In this document: positions 41,069 to 53,619 of the stretch, one piece after another
Numbering within the stretch: the stretch's first letter is position 1
How the letters are laid out: each line of letters begins with the position of its first letter
Assembly: GCA_012295275.1 (NCBI GenBank)
Contig: CM022676.1
Coordinates: 11,594,001 to 11,658,000 of the forward strand
Direction of reading: 5' to 3'
DNA: 64,000 bases
DNA from: Chrysomallon squamiferum
Taxonomy: Eukaryota; Animalia; Mollusca
The notes under the pieces: generated by a model
Told to the model about the DNA's origin: nothing
The model's input: only the letters and a program-made list of their open reading frames with translations
The model's database searches: none
Made by a program: the position numbers and the translations under genes

Positions 41069-41783
41069 GATATAATGAAGAATAGCAGTTTAAAACAACT
41101 GACTGGAGGTAAACATTACCCATTAATTCCATTTAATTCATACGACCAACGAAATACACAAACAAATATATAAATGAAATGATAAATATATAAATTTGCA
41201 AATATAGCACTATAATATTATAAAATTATACTATTTAAACTGTTTGTTTATTGATTTATTTTGTTTTATTTATAAAATAACAAAACTCTTAAAGTGCATT
41301 ATGAACTTGCTAAATTTAATCTTGTGACGTCACACTTTATTTCAGAAGGAAGACGACAGTTCTACTGTAAATTGCAGGGAGACAGAACTAATATAATAAA
41401 TTAAGTCAGCTGTAATAAATTGTATGAAGCTAAGAAAATGACAACAACAAAACAAAAACAACAACAAGCTAAACGTATGTAGGTGGCCGTGAATGCTGCA
41501 TAGTAATTTCGCACACTATAACTGGTGTCATGTTACGTATGATCTAACACATACAGTAAAAAACAACAAAAAAAACAACAAAAAAACAACAACAAACGTG
41601 ACCTTCAGCGAAGTAATATATTCAGTTTAATGATTATGAAGACAAAAATCTGAAAATAAACGAACGACATGGCTACTGAATGAGAATTCAATACATTTTT
41701 AAGCTAAATTACTGTTTTATTTTTAAATATCTTACAACAACAACAACAACAACAATAATAATAATAATAATAATTTTTCTTAC

Positions 41784-41951
41784 CTCTGTCTCAAGAAATG
41801 AATATTTTGACACCCGCAAAAGAATTCATGTCTATTCGTCTGCAACGTCAGTTTTGCTATTACACTTGGAGTGCAGAGAAGCCGGTTTGACAGACGACAC
41901 TCAGTGAATGGAAGATACCAATTCACCAATGAAAGGGGTGAAAGCTTTATA
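41784..41951 (-). promoter_or_regulatory. Candidate non-coding first exon and TATA promoter of TRIM-like copy A
   Basis: AG|GTAAGA donor at 41783 and TATAAA on the minus strand at 41951-41946. The block is nearly identical in copy B (50829-51000), where the TATA reads TTCAAA. Confidence 0.45.
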
Positions 41952-42480
41952 ATTTTCTAGAAAATATTTATTTCTTCTGAGAAAAAATAATAGTGAAAGT
42001 TTCAAATTCTTTTGGTAATGCAAACAGCTGTAAAAGTAACAACTACGATAACATAATTTGTGCATTTAACTAATTTTCAGGATGCTGGTTACAGTCTGTC
42101 ACATCTGTAGTAATAATAGACACAGCAACTGGTTTGTAGGACAGAGAAAGGTAAGTCTGGCGACATCAGGTGTTTTCGCAAGATAAATAAATAAACTGCA
42201 CGAATGAAAAGCATGATTATATGATTTTAGTCACGTATACTATATTCCTTCTATATGTCAAATAGCTTATTTCATCCTATTTAAACTAAATAAATAAATA
42301 AATGATTAAATTCATGTTATTATAATATTATATATTTTATTATTTGACTAAACCAAGCACGGATATTTATGTTTGTTTGAATGAGAGAGCAATTCTCAAG
42401 TGTTTGGTTTTGTGTTGTTAATTCAGGTACACACAAGATGGAGCAGAATGCAGACATTCATAAGAGAGAATGGTCATGCA

Positions 42481-42558
<78 letters not shown>

Positions 42559-43604
42559 GAGTGTGTAACAAATCTCAACAAGTAAAATTATTATTTTCTG
42601 TCAGTATAATTAAATTGATTTCCCGATATTAATTATTATATGAAAAATGTTGATAATGTGCAGCTGATTTGCACTTTATTTATCTAAAGTGAAGTGGACT
42701 GAATATTATGTGAGCTCTATTTAATAGTTTACAAAAACAAACAAAACTTATTTCAACACATGTGGCTGTAACCTTCTATTGTTTTCTTTTTCTCGATTTA
42801 AAAATGTTTTAGTTATATATAAATATACATATATTTTGACCCCAGGAAAGAAAAGTTCGAAATGACAAAGTGAAATCTCCGACGTTTGTTCACAGTTAAC
42901 TGTGAATGGTGTCAAGGGGAAAAAAAAAAATTCTTGACTGTAGCGACTGTAATGAGATAAATGTAAGATTTTATTTCACTGACGAACAAAGGCATTTTAT
43001 TTTTTTATTTTTTTTATTTTTTGTCTTTTTAAAAAAAAATTCTAGCTTTTCACATCTCTGTTCACGGCACACAGTATAAACTGACGAGAAATATTTCAAA
43101 TAACATTTTATTCGTTTAGTGTTATGTTGTTATGTTGTTTATTTACACGGGTGAATAATACAAAAGTTACCAGTTTTCTATAATGACCTGTTTATTCAAG
43201 AGTACTATAAAAAAACACATGTAACACACAAGGATGATCAAGAGATGATCGTCTTGTTAACTAAATAAATAAAGTACATTACAATTAAACAAATACAACA
43301 CAAACATACACCTAAATTTATGTCGGTATTAAACTAATTTCCCAATCCAGCATAGTATAAAATAAATGAAATCAAATTTAGCGATCTAATAGTCGAAAGT
43401 CTGCGCAAATATTAATATTTCTGAATGTGATTTATATATTGATAACTCAGTCCATGTAAATACTAACCAACAAACAATAACAATATAGACAGAAAACCTT
43501 TTCATCAAGGGAAAAAACAAAAAGAAAACCTTTTTTGTTAATTTGTTTCTTTTTTTCTTTAACATATGTATGTGATTGTGTCTATGTGTGTGTGAGCGTG
43601 CGCC

Positions 43605-43649
<45 letters not shown>

Positions 43650-44441
43650 CAAATATCAGTGATAACAGTTATTATTGTTTGTCAGAGAGAGAGTATTAGG
43701 ATCATTTATTTATTTATTTATATTTGTGTTTAAAATTGAATAATAAAGTTGCCCGAATGGGGTCTTCGTTATATGTCATTAACCACCACGAATAACAAAC
43801 CCGAGAGAAAATGAAGTTATTTTAAATCTCTCTCTCTCACCCACACACTAACACACACAAACACTGGAAAAATAAATCCTGTCTGAAATTAAACGATGAA
43901 CATAATACTGGATCTGGTTAATAAAAAAAAGTAACACAACTATTAGACGTACAAAGAGGTTGACATTTAATCACGTGTCACACTGACTTGCCAGTGTTCA
44001 TACCTATCATCTTCAGTTTAACAGAAGTGTACATTCTATTTGTTTACCCAGGCGAAACATACTTCATCCTGTTTAGTCACGTTTTGAATCTGCGTAGTCA
44101 TAAGTGTGGTAGCAAAATGAAGAAGAAAACATGTAAATAGAATGAAATTAAAGTAACAAAGTAACTATTAGTAGTAGTAGTATCTTTAGTGATAATGATA
44201 GTAATAGTAGCAGTAGTAGCAGTAGTACTAATAGTAGTAGTGGTAGTAGTAGCGTTTATATTAATATTAATATTAGTAGTAATAGTAGTAGCTGTTGTAG
44301 TTGTTATTTTTTTATCTTTTTTTATCTTTTTAAAAAATGTTTTCATTTCGCAAGATAAAATAAGAACATATGTTTAGCAGACGATGTTTGTTCAGTTCGG
44401 ATCAAGGCACCGTGTTTGTGAATATTATCAAACATATTAAT

Positions 44442-44494
<53 letters not shown>

Positions 44495-44605
44495 GCAGTG
44501 AATCTCTATAATGAGGTAGTATGTATATCTCCTGTTTCACTCAGCTAATATATATATTATCTGATTCACTCAATTATTCTTTCAACCAAACAACAGCCTT
44601 GCCAA

Positions 44606-44856
44606 TACCACTCAGGTAATATACGTTTTTCAGCTAATATACATATTACCTGAGTGAAACATGTAATATGCATATTACCTGAGTGAAACATGTAATATGC
44701 ATATTAGCTGAATGAAACATGTAATATACATATTACCTGAGTGAAACAGGTAATATACATATTACCTGAGTGAAACAGGTAATATACCTATTACCTGAGT
44801 GAAACATGTAATATGCATATTAGCTGAAGACAAAAGGCAATATACATATTACTTGA
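44606..44856. repeat. 29-bp self-complementary minisatellite
   Basis: Unit CATATTAC-ctgagtgaaacat-GTAATATG, about 7 copies from 44642, with inverted partial copies at ~44530 and ~44610. Confidence 0.85.
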
Positions 44857-44870
44857 TTACAGAGATTAGC

Positions 44871-44919
<49 letters not shown>

Positions 44920-45266
44920 AGATTAGCTATAACATATATATATATATCAGCTCATAAATTACATAATGAGAGGAAGCACTTGTTTTAATCCCCTCATTTA
45001 GTATAATTTAAAACTCAAATTTTAAATAATTATAATAAAAGAACAAAATAATTAAAATTTCATTCACATTTAGTCGTCCTGTGAAGACTAAATCAAATCA
45101 CATGTGTGTTGTATGTTAATTCAGACACTAATAAAATGTGAGTTTGCACAAACAACACAATCCAAAAAAAAAGATCAGATTTTATAAAATTTATATTATT
45201 TTGTTCTCGTTATGATGATGATGATGATGATGGTGATTATTATTATTATTATTAATATTATTATTA

Positions 45267-45333
<67 letters not shown>

Positions 45334-46539
45334 CATTGTAGTTGTTGTTGCTGCCGCTGTTGTTGTTATCATCGGCTAGTACCTATTTAAAACACTTTGA
45401 CAGGGATTAGTAAATTAAAACTGATGTTGTGTAATACTATACTCAACCACTAGACAAACAACACATCGACAGCTCAAAAGCATATTTTAGAAGAAAACAA
45501 AATCAAACAAATTATTTACAGATTTTGGGAAAGTTAATTCAAAATAGGGAATCAGTCAACCGAATCCTGATCAGAGACGGAATCGGTGCCTGGAGAAGCA
45601 GGATAATTATGTTACAAGAAGTTTCGTGTTACTGATAAAAGAAATACGCTGATAATGATTGCACTGCACGACGACGCTACCAAAAGTGAGAAACGTATTG
45701 TACCACGTCCCGCTGTCAAACACTTATCAAGTTATCAAACAACAACAACAACAACAATAATAATAATAAATATATGCCACTGTCAAAAAATTGTATGTCA
45801 AATCCTGATAGGAAAATTTGAAATTAAAATTATAATAAATTGTGTCCCTAAATTGTGAAGACTCAGTCTATCAGGAATTTTTGTATTTACTCTTCTATTA
45901 AATGTATCATTGTTCACTTTGTTTAATCAGTTCTTACAAGTAAAGTAGTAGATTAATAATAATAATAATAATAATGATAATAATAATAATAATAATAATA
46001 GTAATAGTAGTAGTACCAGTAATAGTAATAATAATAATAACAACAACAACAACAACAACTCTAACTAAAAATAAGGATAATGATATTAACATTACTAAAG
46101 ATAATCATCTAAGTATTGCTACACATGTTAATAATGCTGTCTAAGAATGAGCAGTCAGATGCATGTGTCTTTCTTTGTCTCTGTGTTTCTGTATGTGCGT
46201 TAACGTGTCTGGGCTGGTGTGTGAGAATAAGAACGTGTATATGTGTGCTGTGTGAGTTTTACCAAGTGACAAGATATTAAATTAGAAACCTGATTGGAGA
46301 ACCACATTGATGTGTTTTTATTGTGCAGGGTTCAGTTAGCTCGATCAAATATTAACTGTGTTCAAACATCAGTGTACTGTGTTTTTAAACAAATATCTAA
46401 TATTTTAACACAGTTATTTTATAAAAAGTCGTATTTTTTACAATCATGTTAAAATATTTTATGTACAGCATTTCGGGATGGTAACGAAGAAAAACAACTA
46501 TTTTTTTGTTTTTTCTTTAATCTTTAAAAGTAAACTAAA

Positions 46540-46574
<35 letters not shown>

Positions 46575-47580
46575 AAATGAATTGAGTAAAAAAACAATTT
46601 TTAAAAAGATAAGAAAGAAAAAGAAAAGAAAATAGGTAATAGGAAATAATATAAATGTACAAACTGTGTAATAAATCTAAATCAGTAAATATTATTATTC
46701 TCTGTTTGAAAATTAAATGTATTTCCTAATCATACATTTAATTACTATATCAAAAACTGTCATATTTCCAACTCTATTGATGTACATTTGGGGATAGTAA
46801 GAAAGAGAAGCCACAACTGATTTCTATTTTGTGTGTATATATTTAAGAATTTGAATATTCTCTGTCTTATTTCAATCGGTCACGCACTGGCGCAGGAGGA
46901 CAAAGTCCAATCACGACCTCACAAACCCGTCAGATACCGCTGACTAACGACAACACACTGCCATGAAGACAACGTTGTGTACGTGTGTGTGTGTGTGTGT
47001 GTGTGTGTCTGTATGTGTGTGCGCGCACGCTGCTATCTGTGTATGAACACATTTGTATATGAATGTTGCTATGTACATATTTGTGTATATAGGAGTAACA
47101 TTTCTGTTTTCTTTTGTATAGACTGCTCAACGATTATTATTATTATTTATTTATTTATTTATTTATTTGTTTACTTATTTTTTCTTTGTCTTTGTAAAAC
47201 AATAAACTGATCCAAAAATAGTAGTACTAGTAGTTGTAGTAGTAGTAGTAGTAGTAGTAGTAACAGTAGTAGTAGTAATAATAATAATAATAATAATAAT
47301 AAATATAAATAAATAAAAAATAATAATAACAAATTAAAAATATATAAATAAATAAAATTAATAATTAAATAATAATAATAATAATAAATAAATAAATAAA
47401 TAAATAAATACAATACGTAGCTTTCTTTCTCATTAAGCAAACCTCAGTAATGTACAAGTGCCTATGCTATGTGATGAATATTGTGAATTGTTTCCCTACT
47501 CAAACTAACTTGAACGTGCACACTGAATAAAGACGAAACATGGCCCCTAACACCCGGATTTAAAACACGTGTCTGTAGAC

Positions 47581-48050
47581 CTGAAATTAATTGAAATACC
47601 ATTAATCCGTTCCAGCCCCTCCCCTCCAAAAAAACAAACACCCCAGTTTTTTGTAACGTGTTATTTAATAAGGAAAATGTATGCATAAATGACAAATATT
47701 GTATAAAAAAACAAAATAAAAGAGAACGTAAAGAAATAAATTGGTTTTGTAAAGTGTACAGGGTTAGGGTTTCTCCATCTTTTCATGGACAGAGGTCCGC
47801 AGCTTAGAAATTATTTTAACGCCTTTGTCTGTAGTTACAGCCTTTATTGATTCCTTCTGCTTCGGTTTGGTACATGTCGTAAAAGTAGTATGCTTGCACT
47901 GCCTAGCCATGCTGACTACACGCACATCTCGTTCATGTTTTTTCTGTGATTTCATGCTTTAAACCAATGGACATCACCCGCTTCTTCTTCTCATTTTGCA
48001 ATTACTTTCTTAGGTATCCAGTTTCACATTTAGTCAAGTTTTTAAACCAT
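47581..48050 (-). mobile_element. Internally deleted Tigger/pogo-family DNA transposon remnant
   Basis: Across one frameshift the minus strand reads EKKKRVMSIGLKHEITEK/HERDVRVVSMARQC...KQKESIKAVTTDKGVKIISKLRTSVHEKMEK, resembling the CENP-B/psq HTH N-terminus of Tigger transposases. The downstream ggctggaacggattaatggtatttcaatt resembles Tigger 3' sub-terminal sequence (recalled, not searched). Confidence 0.75.
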
Positions 48051-48061
48051 CAATTGTGTTT

Positions 48062-48099
<38 letters not shown>

Positions 48100-48684
48100 C
48101 TAATTTTCTGAGTTTAGCAATTATCGTTAATGCCGTTGTTTCTCTGATTTTATATTTATTGTGTGTGTGTGTACGTGGGTGTGCGTGTGTTTTTTTTTTT
48201 TATTTTGTTTGTTAACATTTAAATATAAATTAATTAATTAAAATTAACAACATGTCTATAAAAAGAGAATTTATAAAATATGTCAAGCAGAATAAAAAGA
48301 AAAAGAAGAAGAATAGTTGAGAATGCTAGGGATCCCCAAAACAATAATCTATTTATAATAAATGTATAATAAATGTCAACAGTGAACTACTTTGTACTAC
48401 ACTGATATTACACGTTAATTATATTATACAGACAGACAGACAGACAGGTAGGCAAATATATAGATTTTCTGTACAGACAGACAGAAGAAGAAACAATGTA
48501 AACAGTTTTAAAATTTAAATGCAATAATAACAGAATAATTTCATTTTCTGATAGAAATATTTTATTGCAGTTTTGTTTCTTTTTCACTGGAATAAGTACA
48601 GATATATTCTGAATATCACAACATTCTATGGATTAAACTACTTTTCAAAATAACAGAAAAGTTTAGATGTGTGTGTGTGTGTGT

Positions 48685-48775
<91 letters not shown>

Positions 48776-49048
48776 AACTAGGTGAAATTTTAAAAGTAAA
48801 TTAGATTTCGTTTTGAAATTTATTTTGCACTATAGCAAGTTTGAACGCGACATTCATTAAGAATAATAAACAAACAAATACATTTTTTTTTAAAGTTAAC
48901 AAAGTAAACATATTAACTAAATTAATTACTTTACAGAAAACAAACAACTGATTTTCTGTTTATTTATCAGTTCGTGTAAAGAATGAAATGTCTGTCGACT
49001 TTCAGCTTCAAAACAGTTAAAGTGAAAAAACAGCAGACAGGTTGAAGT

Positions 49049-50070
49049 TTACGTTTTATAATCAGGCAAATATTTTATTTCTCCGGTGAAGATATCTCCT
49101 ACATACAATTTGTTGTCATCACAACAGACAGACTCACATGAGGACAGTCCATCCTTGGAAGTGAGGATTTCACGTTTAGTTTTACCATCTTGTGACAACT
49201 GAACAATTTCAGTAAGAGAACAGAAAAAAATATTGCCCCCCGTGTCACATGTAACATCTGACATTTCGTCCACTATGGGTGAACTAGACGGGTCCCATAA
49301 GCTCTTGCCTGATGTCGTCATACAAACCAATTTGCGTGAAAAATTTGTCGATGACACAACAAACAAACGTTCACCGTGAGCTGTGATATTCGTAGGGTCG
49401 TCGAACAGATCTGTTGAGATAGATTTAATGAGCTGACCGCTGTCTGTGAGTATGTCCATGTCCATACCAATTTTCTGTTTCAACTGCGTCGAACAGATCT
49501 GAGATAGATTCAGTGAGCTGACCGCTGTCTTTGGGTTTCCTCACGCAGCGATACGTGACCGCGAGACGGTTGCCAGGTAACACAGCGATATAGTTATACG
49601 ATTTCTCTGTTTCAACTGTTTTGATCAGCTTGAAGGTTTTCAAATTCAAAACAATAATTTCTTTTCATCTGGCAGAGCAACAACAACAACAATATCACCC
49701 TGCTGATCACGTAATTCAGCAAGACCGAATGGTTGAGAGGAAGTTTTGTATTTGTTTATCAGTGATAGTCTTTCTAAACAAAAACATTTTACACAGTCAT
49801 TGTCACGATCACTAACAACAATTTTACTTTTGTCCTCACCTGACACCAGGATGGAAACCGGTAAAGGTGAGTCTTTATCTCCTTCTGTTTTTAAGTCAAT
49901 GTAGCCTGTGAGTCGAAGTGGATCTTTCGAAATTTCTCTTATTTGCAGAAACATTTCTGACCCTTTATCAGATTTTATTAGATTTATTTTGAATTTTGCT
50001 TTTTCTATTTGTGAAAATGATTTGGACAGAAACTCGGAAGTTTACCATCAGATTGGTCCCGTTGCCGTAT
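49049..50070 (-). pseudogene. TRIM-like gene copy B: NHL propeller only, start codon mutated, RING and coiled coil deleted
   Basis: Same acceptor context as copy A (cag|ATACGGCAAC versus cag|ATATGGCAAC, i.e. ATG to ACG). It runs straight into linker and propeller sequence (IVVSDRDNDCVKCF, PFGLAEL, DVTCDTGGNIF, CCDDNKLYVGD) split over three frames. Confidence 0.82.
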
Positions 50071-50168
50071 CTGTGAATAATAATAATAATAATAAAAACA
50101 ACAACAACAGCAGCAGCAGCAGCAACAACAACAACAACAACAACAACAACAGGGAAGAATGAGAAGAA

Positions 50169-50230
<62 letters not shown>

Positions 50231-50760
50231 GAGATAACAATGAACAGTAGTTAAAGTAATATATTCAGTTAATGATTATGAAATAACGTTTCAAAAGTCA
50301 CGAACGACATTGCTACTGAATGAGAACTCAATATATTTTTAATCTGCAGTTACACGTCTTTATGTATAACGTTTTAAAGACTTCTATATAGTGGATGGAC
50401 AAAAAATCCTTTCCTTGATAATTACAACCACGCACGACCTTGATAAAGTAATCGTGGAACTGACTTTGAGAAGGAAAAATGCGAAAACTCAATAAAATGA
50501 AATGAAATAAAATAGATAAATAGTTTATACATTATATTTATAATATCATATCCTTACATTCACAAGTTTATATATTTTATCATTTCATTCATTTATTTAT
50601 TTATTGTATATTCCGTTCAAAATAACTTGCCAGACATTACTTTCCTCTGACCACTGAGCCACACCCTGCACTCTAACAATTAGTAAAACACACACAAATT
50701 ATATACAGACATTTTATTAAGAACACAACTAAATTACTAAATTTTATTTTAAAATATCGT

Positions 50761-50798
<38 letters not shown>

Positions 50799-51668
50799 AA
50801 TAATAATAATAATAATAATTTTTCTTACCTCTGTCTCAAGAAATGAATATTTTGACACCCGCAAAAGAATTCTTGTCTATTCGTCTGCAATGTCAGTTTT
50901 GCTATTACACTTGGAGTGCAGAGAAGCCGGGTTTTTACAGACGACACTCAGTGAATGGAAGATACCAATTCATCAATGAAGGGGTGAAAGCTTTGAACTT
51001 TTCTAGAACACTTTTTTTCTTCTGAGAAAAAATAATCTTGAAAGTTTTAAATACTTTCGGTAATGTAAACAGCAGTAAAAGTAACAACTACGATAATATA
51101 GTTTGTGCACTCAAATAATTTATAAAATGCTGGTTACAATCTATCATACATATAGTAATAATAGTCATAGGAGCTGATTTGCAGAAGCACAGAGAAAGGT
51201 AATACAATTAGCCGCTAAAATTAATCTTGTTTAAACTTGAATAGTGAACTGGCGGTATGTTTTACCTTTCATTATAATTATCTATCTACCTATCTATCTA
51301 TCTATCTATCTATCTAGCTATCTAATTATATATATGTGTGTGTGTGTGTGCGTATGTGTGTGTCTGTGTGTTAGTGTATATGTGTGTATATTTTAAACTA
51401 ATTAATTAAATGTATTATAATATAGTACATATATCATTAGTTGACTAATTAAAAATTATCTTTGTTTCTATGCCTGAATGACAGAGCAGTTTTTAAGTGT
51501 TTGACAATGTCAGGATTATTCAGGTGCACACAAGAGACATATGATGCAAATCTTTTAGGTGTCACGTTTATTAAAATAATACAATTTCACAAATATACGC
51601 AAACTAGAAGTATAATTGTAACATTTGTAAATTTAATAAATTGTATTATTTTAATCACTAATTAACCT

Positions 51669-51744
<76 letters not shown>

Positions 51745-51960
51745 GAACCTAGATATACATGTATGTGAATGCGTGTGTGTGTGTGTGTGTAACAAATTTC
51801 AGTGAGTCAAAGCTATTATTTTATGTCAGAGAGAGTATTCCTTTTTTTCTTTTTCTTTTTTTTAAATTAGAATAATAAAGTAGCTGGAATCGGGTCTTTG
51901 TTAAATATCATTAACCACCACAAATAACAAACTCGAGAGAAAATGAAATTATTTTAAATA

Positions 51961-52013
<53 letters not shown>

Positions 52014-53094
52014 CACACACGCACTGGAGAAATCCTGTCAGAAATTAAATGTCAAACTGCATGATACTGGATTCGGCTAAGATAAAAGAAAAGAAAAGAA
52101 AGAACGTAACACAACTGTTAGACATAAAAAGAAGTTGACATTAAGTCACGTGTACACACTGACACGCCAATGTTCATACCTACATGTTCAGTCTAACACA
52201 AGTTTACATTCTATTAGTGTACCGATGCGAAACATGCTTCACCCTGGTTAGTCACGTTTTGAACACACGCAGTCAAAAGTGTCGCAAAAAAATAATTCAA
52301 GTACACACAAAAAGGGTGTAGCAAAGTGAAGAAGAAATTATTTTCTAAAAATTATCACAAGCGTTAATTATAAATAAATTAATTAATTACTCAAATAAAA
52401 TTAAATAACAAAAGTAATTAACAGATCTGTATTATTATTACTAGTAGTATACGTTTGGTAATAATGATAGTAATAGTAGTAGTAGTAGTAGTAGTAGTAG
52501 TTGTTGTTGTTGTTGTTGTTGTTGTTATTGCTGTTGTTGTTGTACAATGTTTTTTATTTTTATTTGGGTTTTTTTTTTAATTTTATTATTATTTTTATTT
52601 TTTGAAATTTTTTGAAGATAAAATAAAGACAAACGTTAGTAGATGACGTTTGTTCAGTTCGGGTCAAGCCGCTGTGTTTGTGAATTTTACCTAACATACA
52701 TCCTGAACGTCATTACATCAAAAAAATTAATAATTAGAGATAAAATAACAGACAGCACACATCAGTAGCGCGCGCCTCTATGGTTACCGACCTGATACTG
52801 GTCAGAAACAGTCAGCTCACAGAACATTCGTCTTCACAAACTAATCTTGTTTAGTTTAACACTGAAATGCTGGGTATCGAATGTCACACTGGGTAAAGAG
52901 GAAGGATGTGGTATGATTTAAAAATCAATTAAAAAATGATAAATAAAAGAAAAAATAATTAAATATACCTCACAATTTAGTCATCCTGTGAAGAATAAAT
53001 AAAAACACAGGTGTTAAGTTGTATGTTAATTCAGGTGATAATAAAATGCAAAAAAAAAAAGATAAATTTTGTAAACTTTATTGTTTTTGTTTTC

Positions 53095-53140
<46 letters not shown>

Positions 53141-53619
53141 GTTATTATTATTATTATTATTATTGTTGTTGTTATTTTTGTTGTTGTTGTTGCTGGTGGT
53201 GGTGGTGGTGGTGTTGATGTTGTTGTTGTTGTTGCTGTTGTTGTTGTTGTTGTCACGGTGCCAGTGTCTAGGGTTCTCATTATCTCGGACTAGGGCATAT
53301 AGGTGTTTAGAACACTGTGGTCAGTAAATTCAAACTGATTATCGTGATGGTATAATACTATTTACAGATTTTAGGAAACCTAATTCAAAAAACGAAACCA
53401 GTCAACTGAAACCTATTTAGAGAAGAATAATTATATTACTATAAGTTTGGAGTTGTGCGTGTGTGTGTGTGCGAGTGAAACAAACACACCTTTAATGACA
53501 CAAATTACACTGCAAAATGATGGTAACAAAACAAATGATATATATATATATTATATTATGTTATATATTATATACATGTAAAAAATATTACTTTTGTGAC
53601 GGAAAATTGTTTTCATCTT

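Larger units (their letters stand above)
38290..53420. repeat. Tandem segmental duplication (unit A ~38290-45560, unit B ~46145-53420)
   Basis: Collinear matching blocks: 38440/46260, 38780/48390, 39180/48955, 41775/50820, 43740/51870, 43960/52130, 44385/52645, 45070/52977, 45410/53322. Confidence 0.9.
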
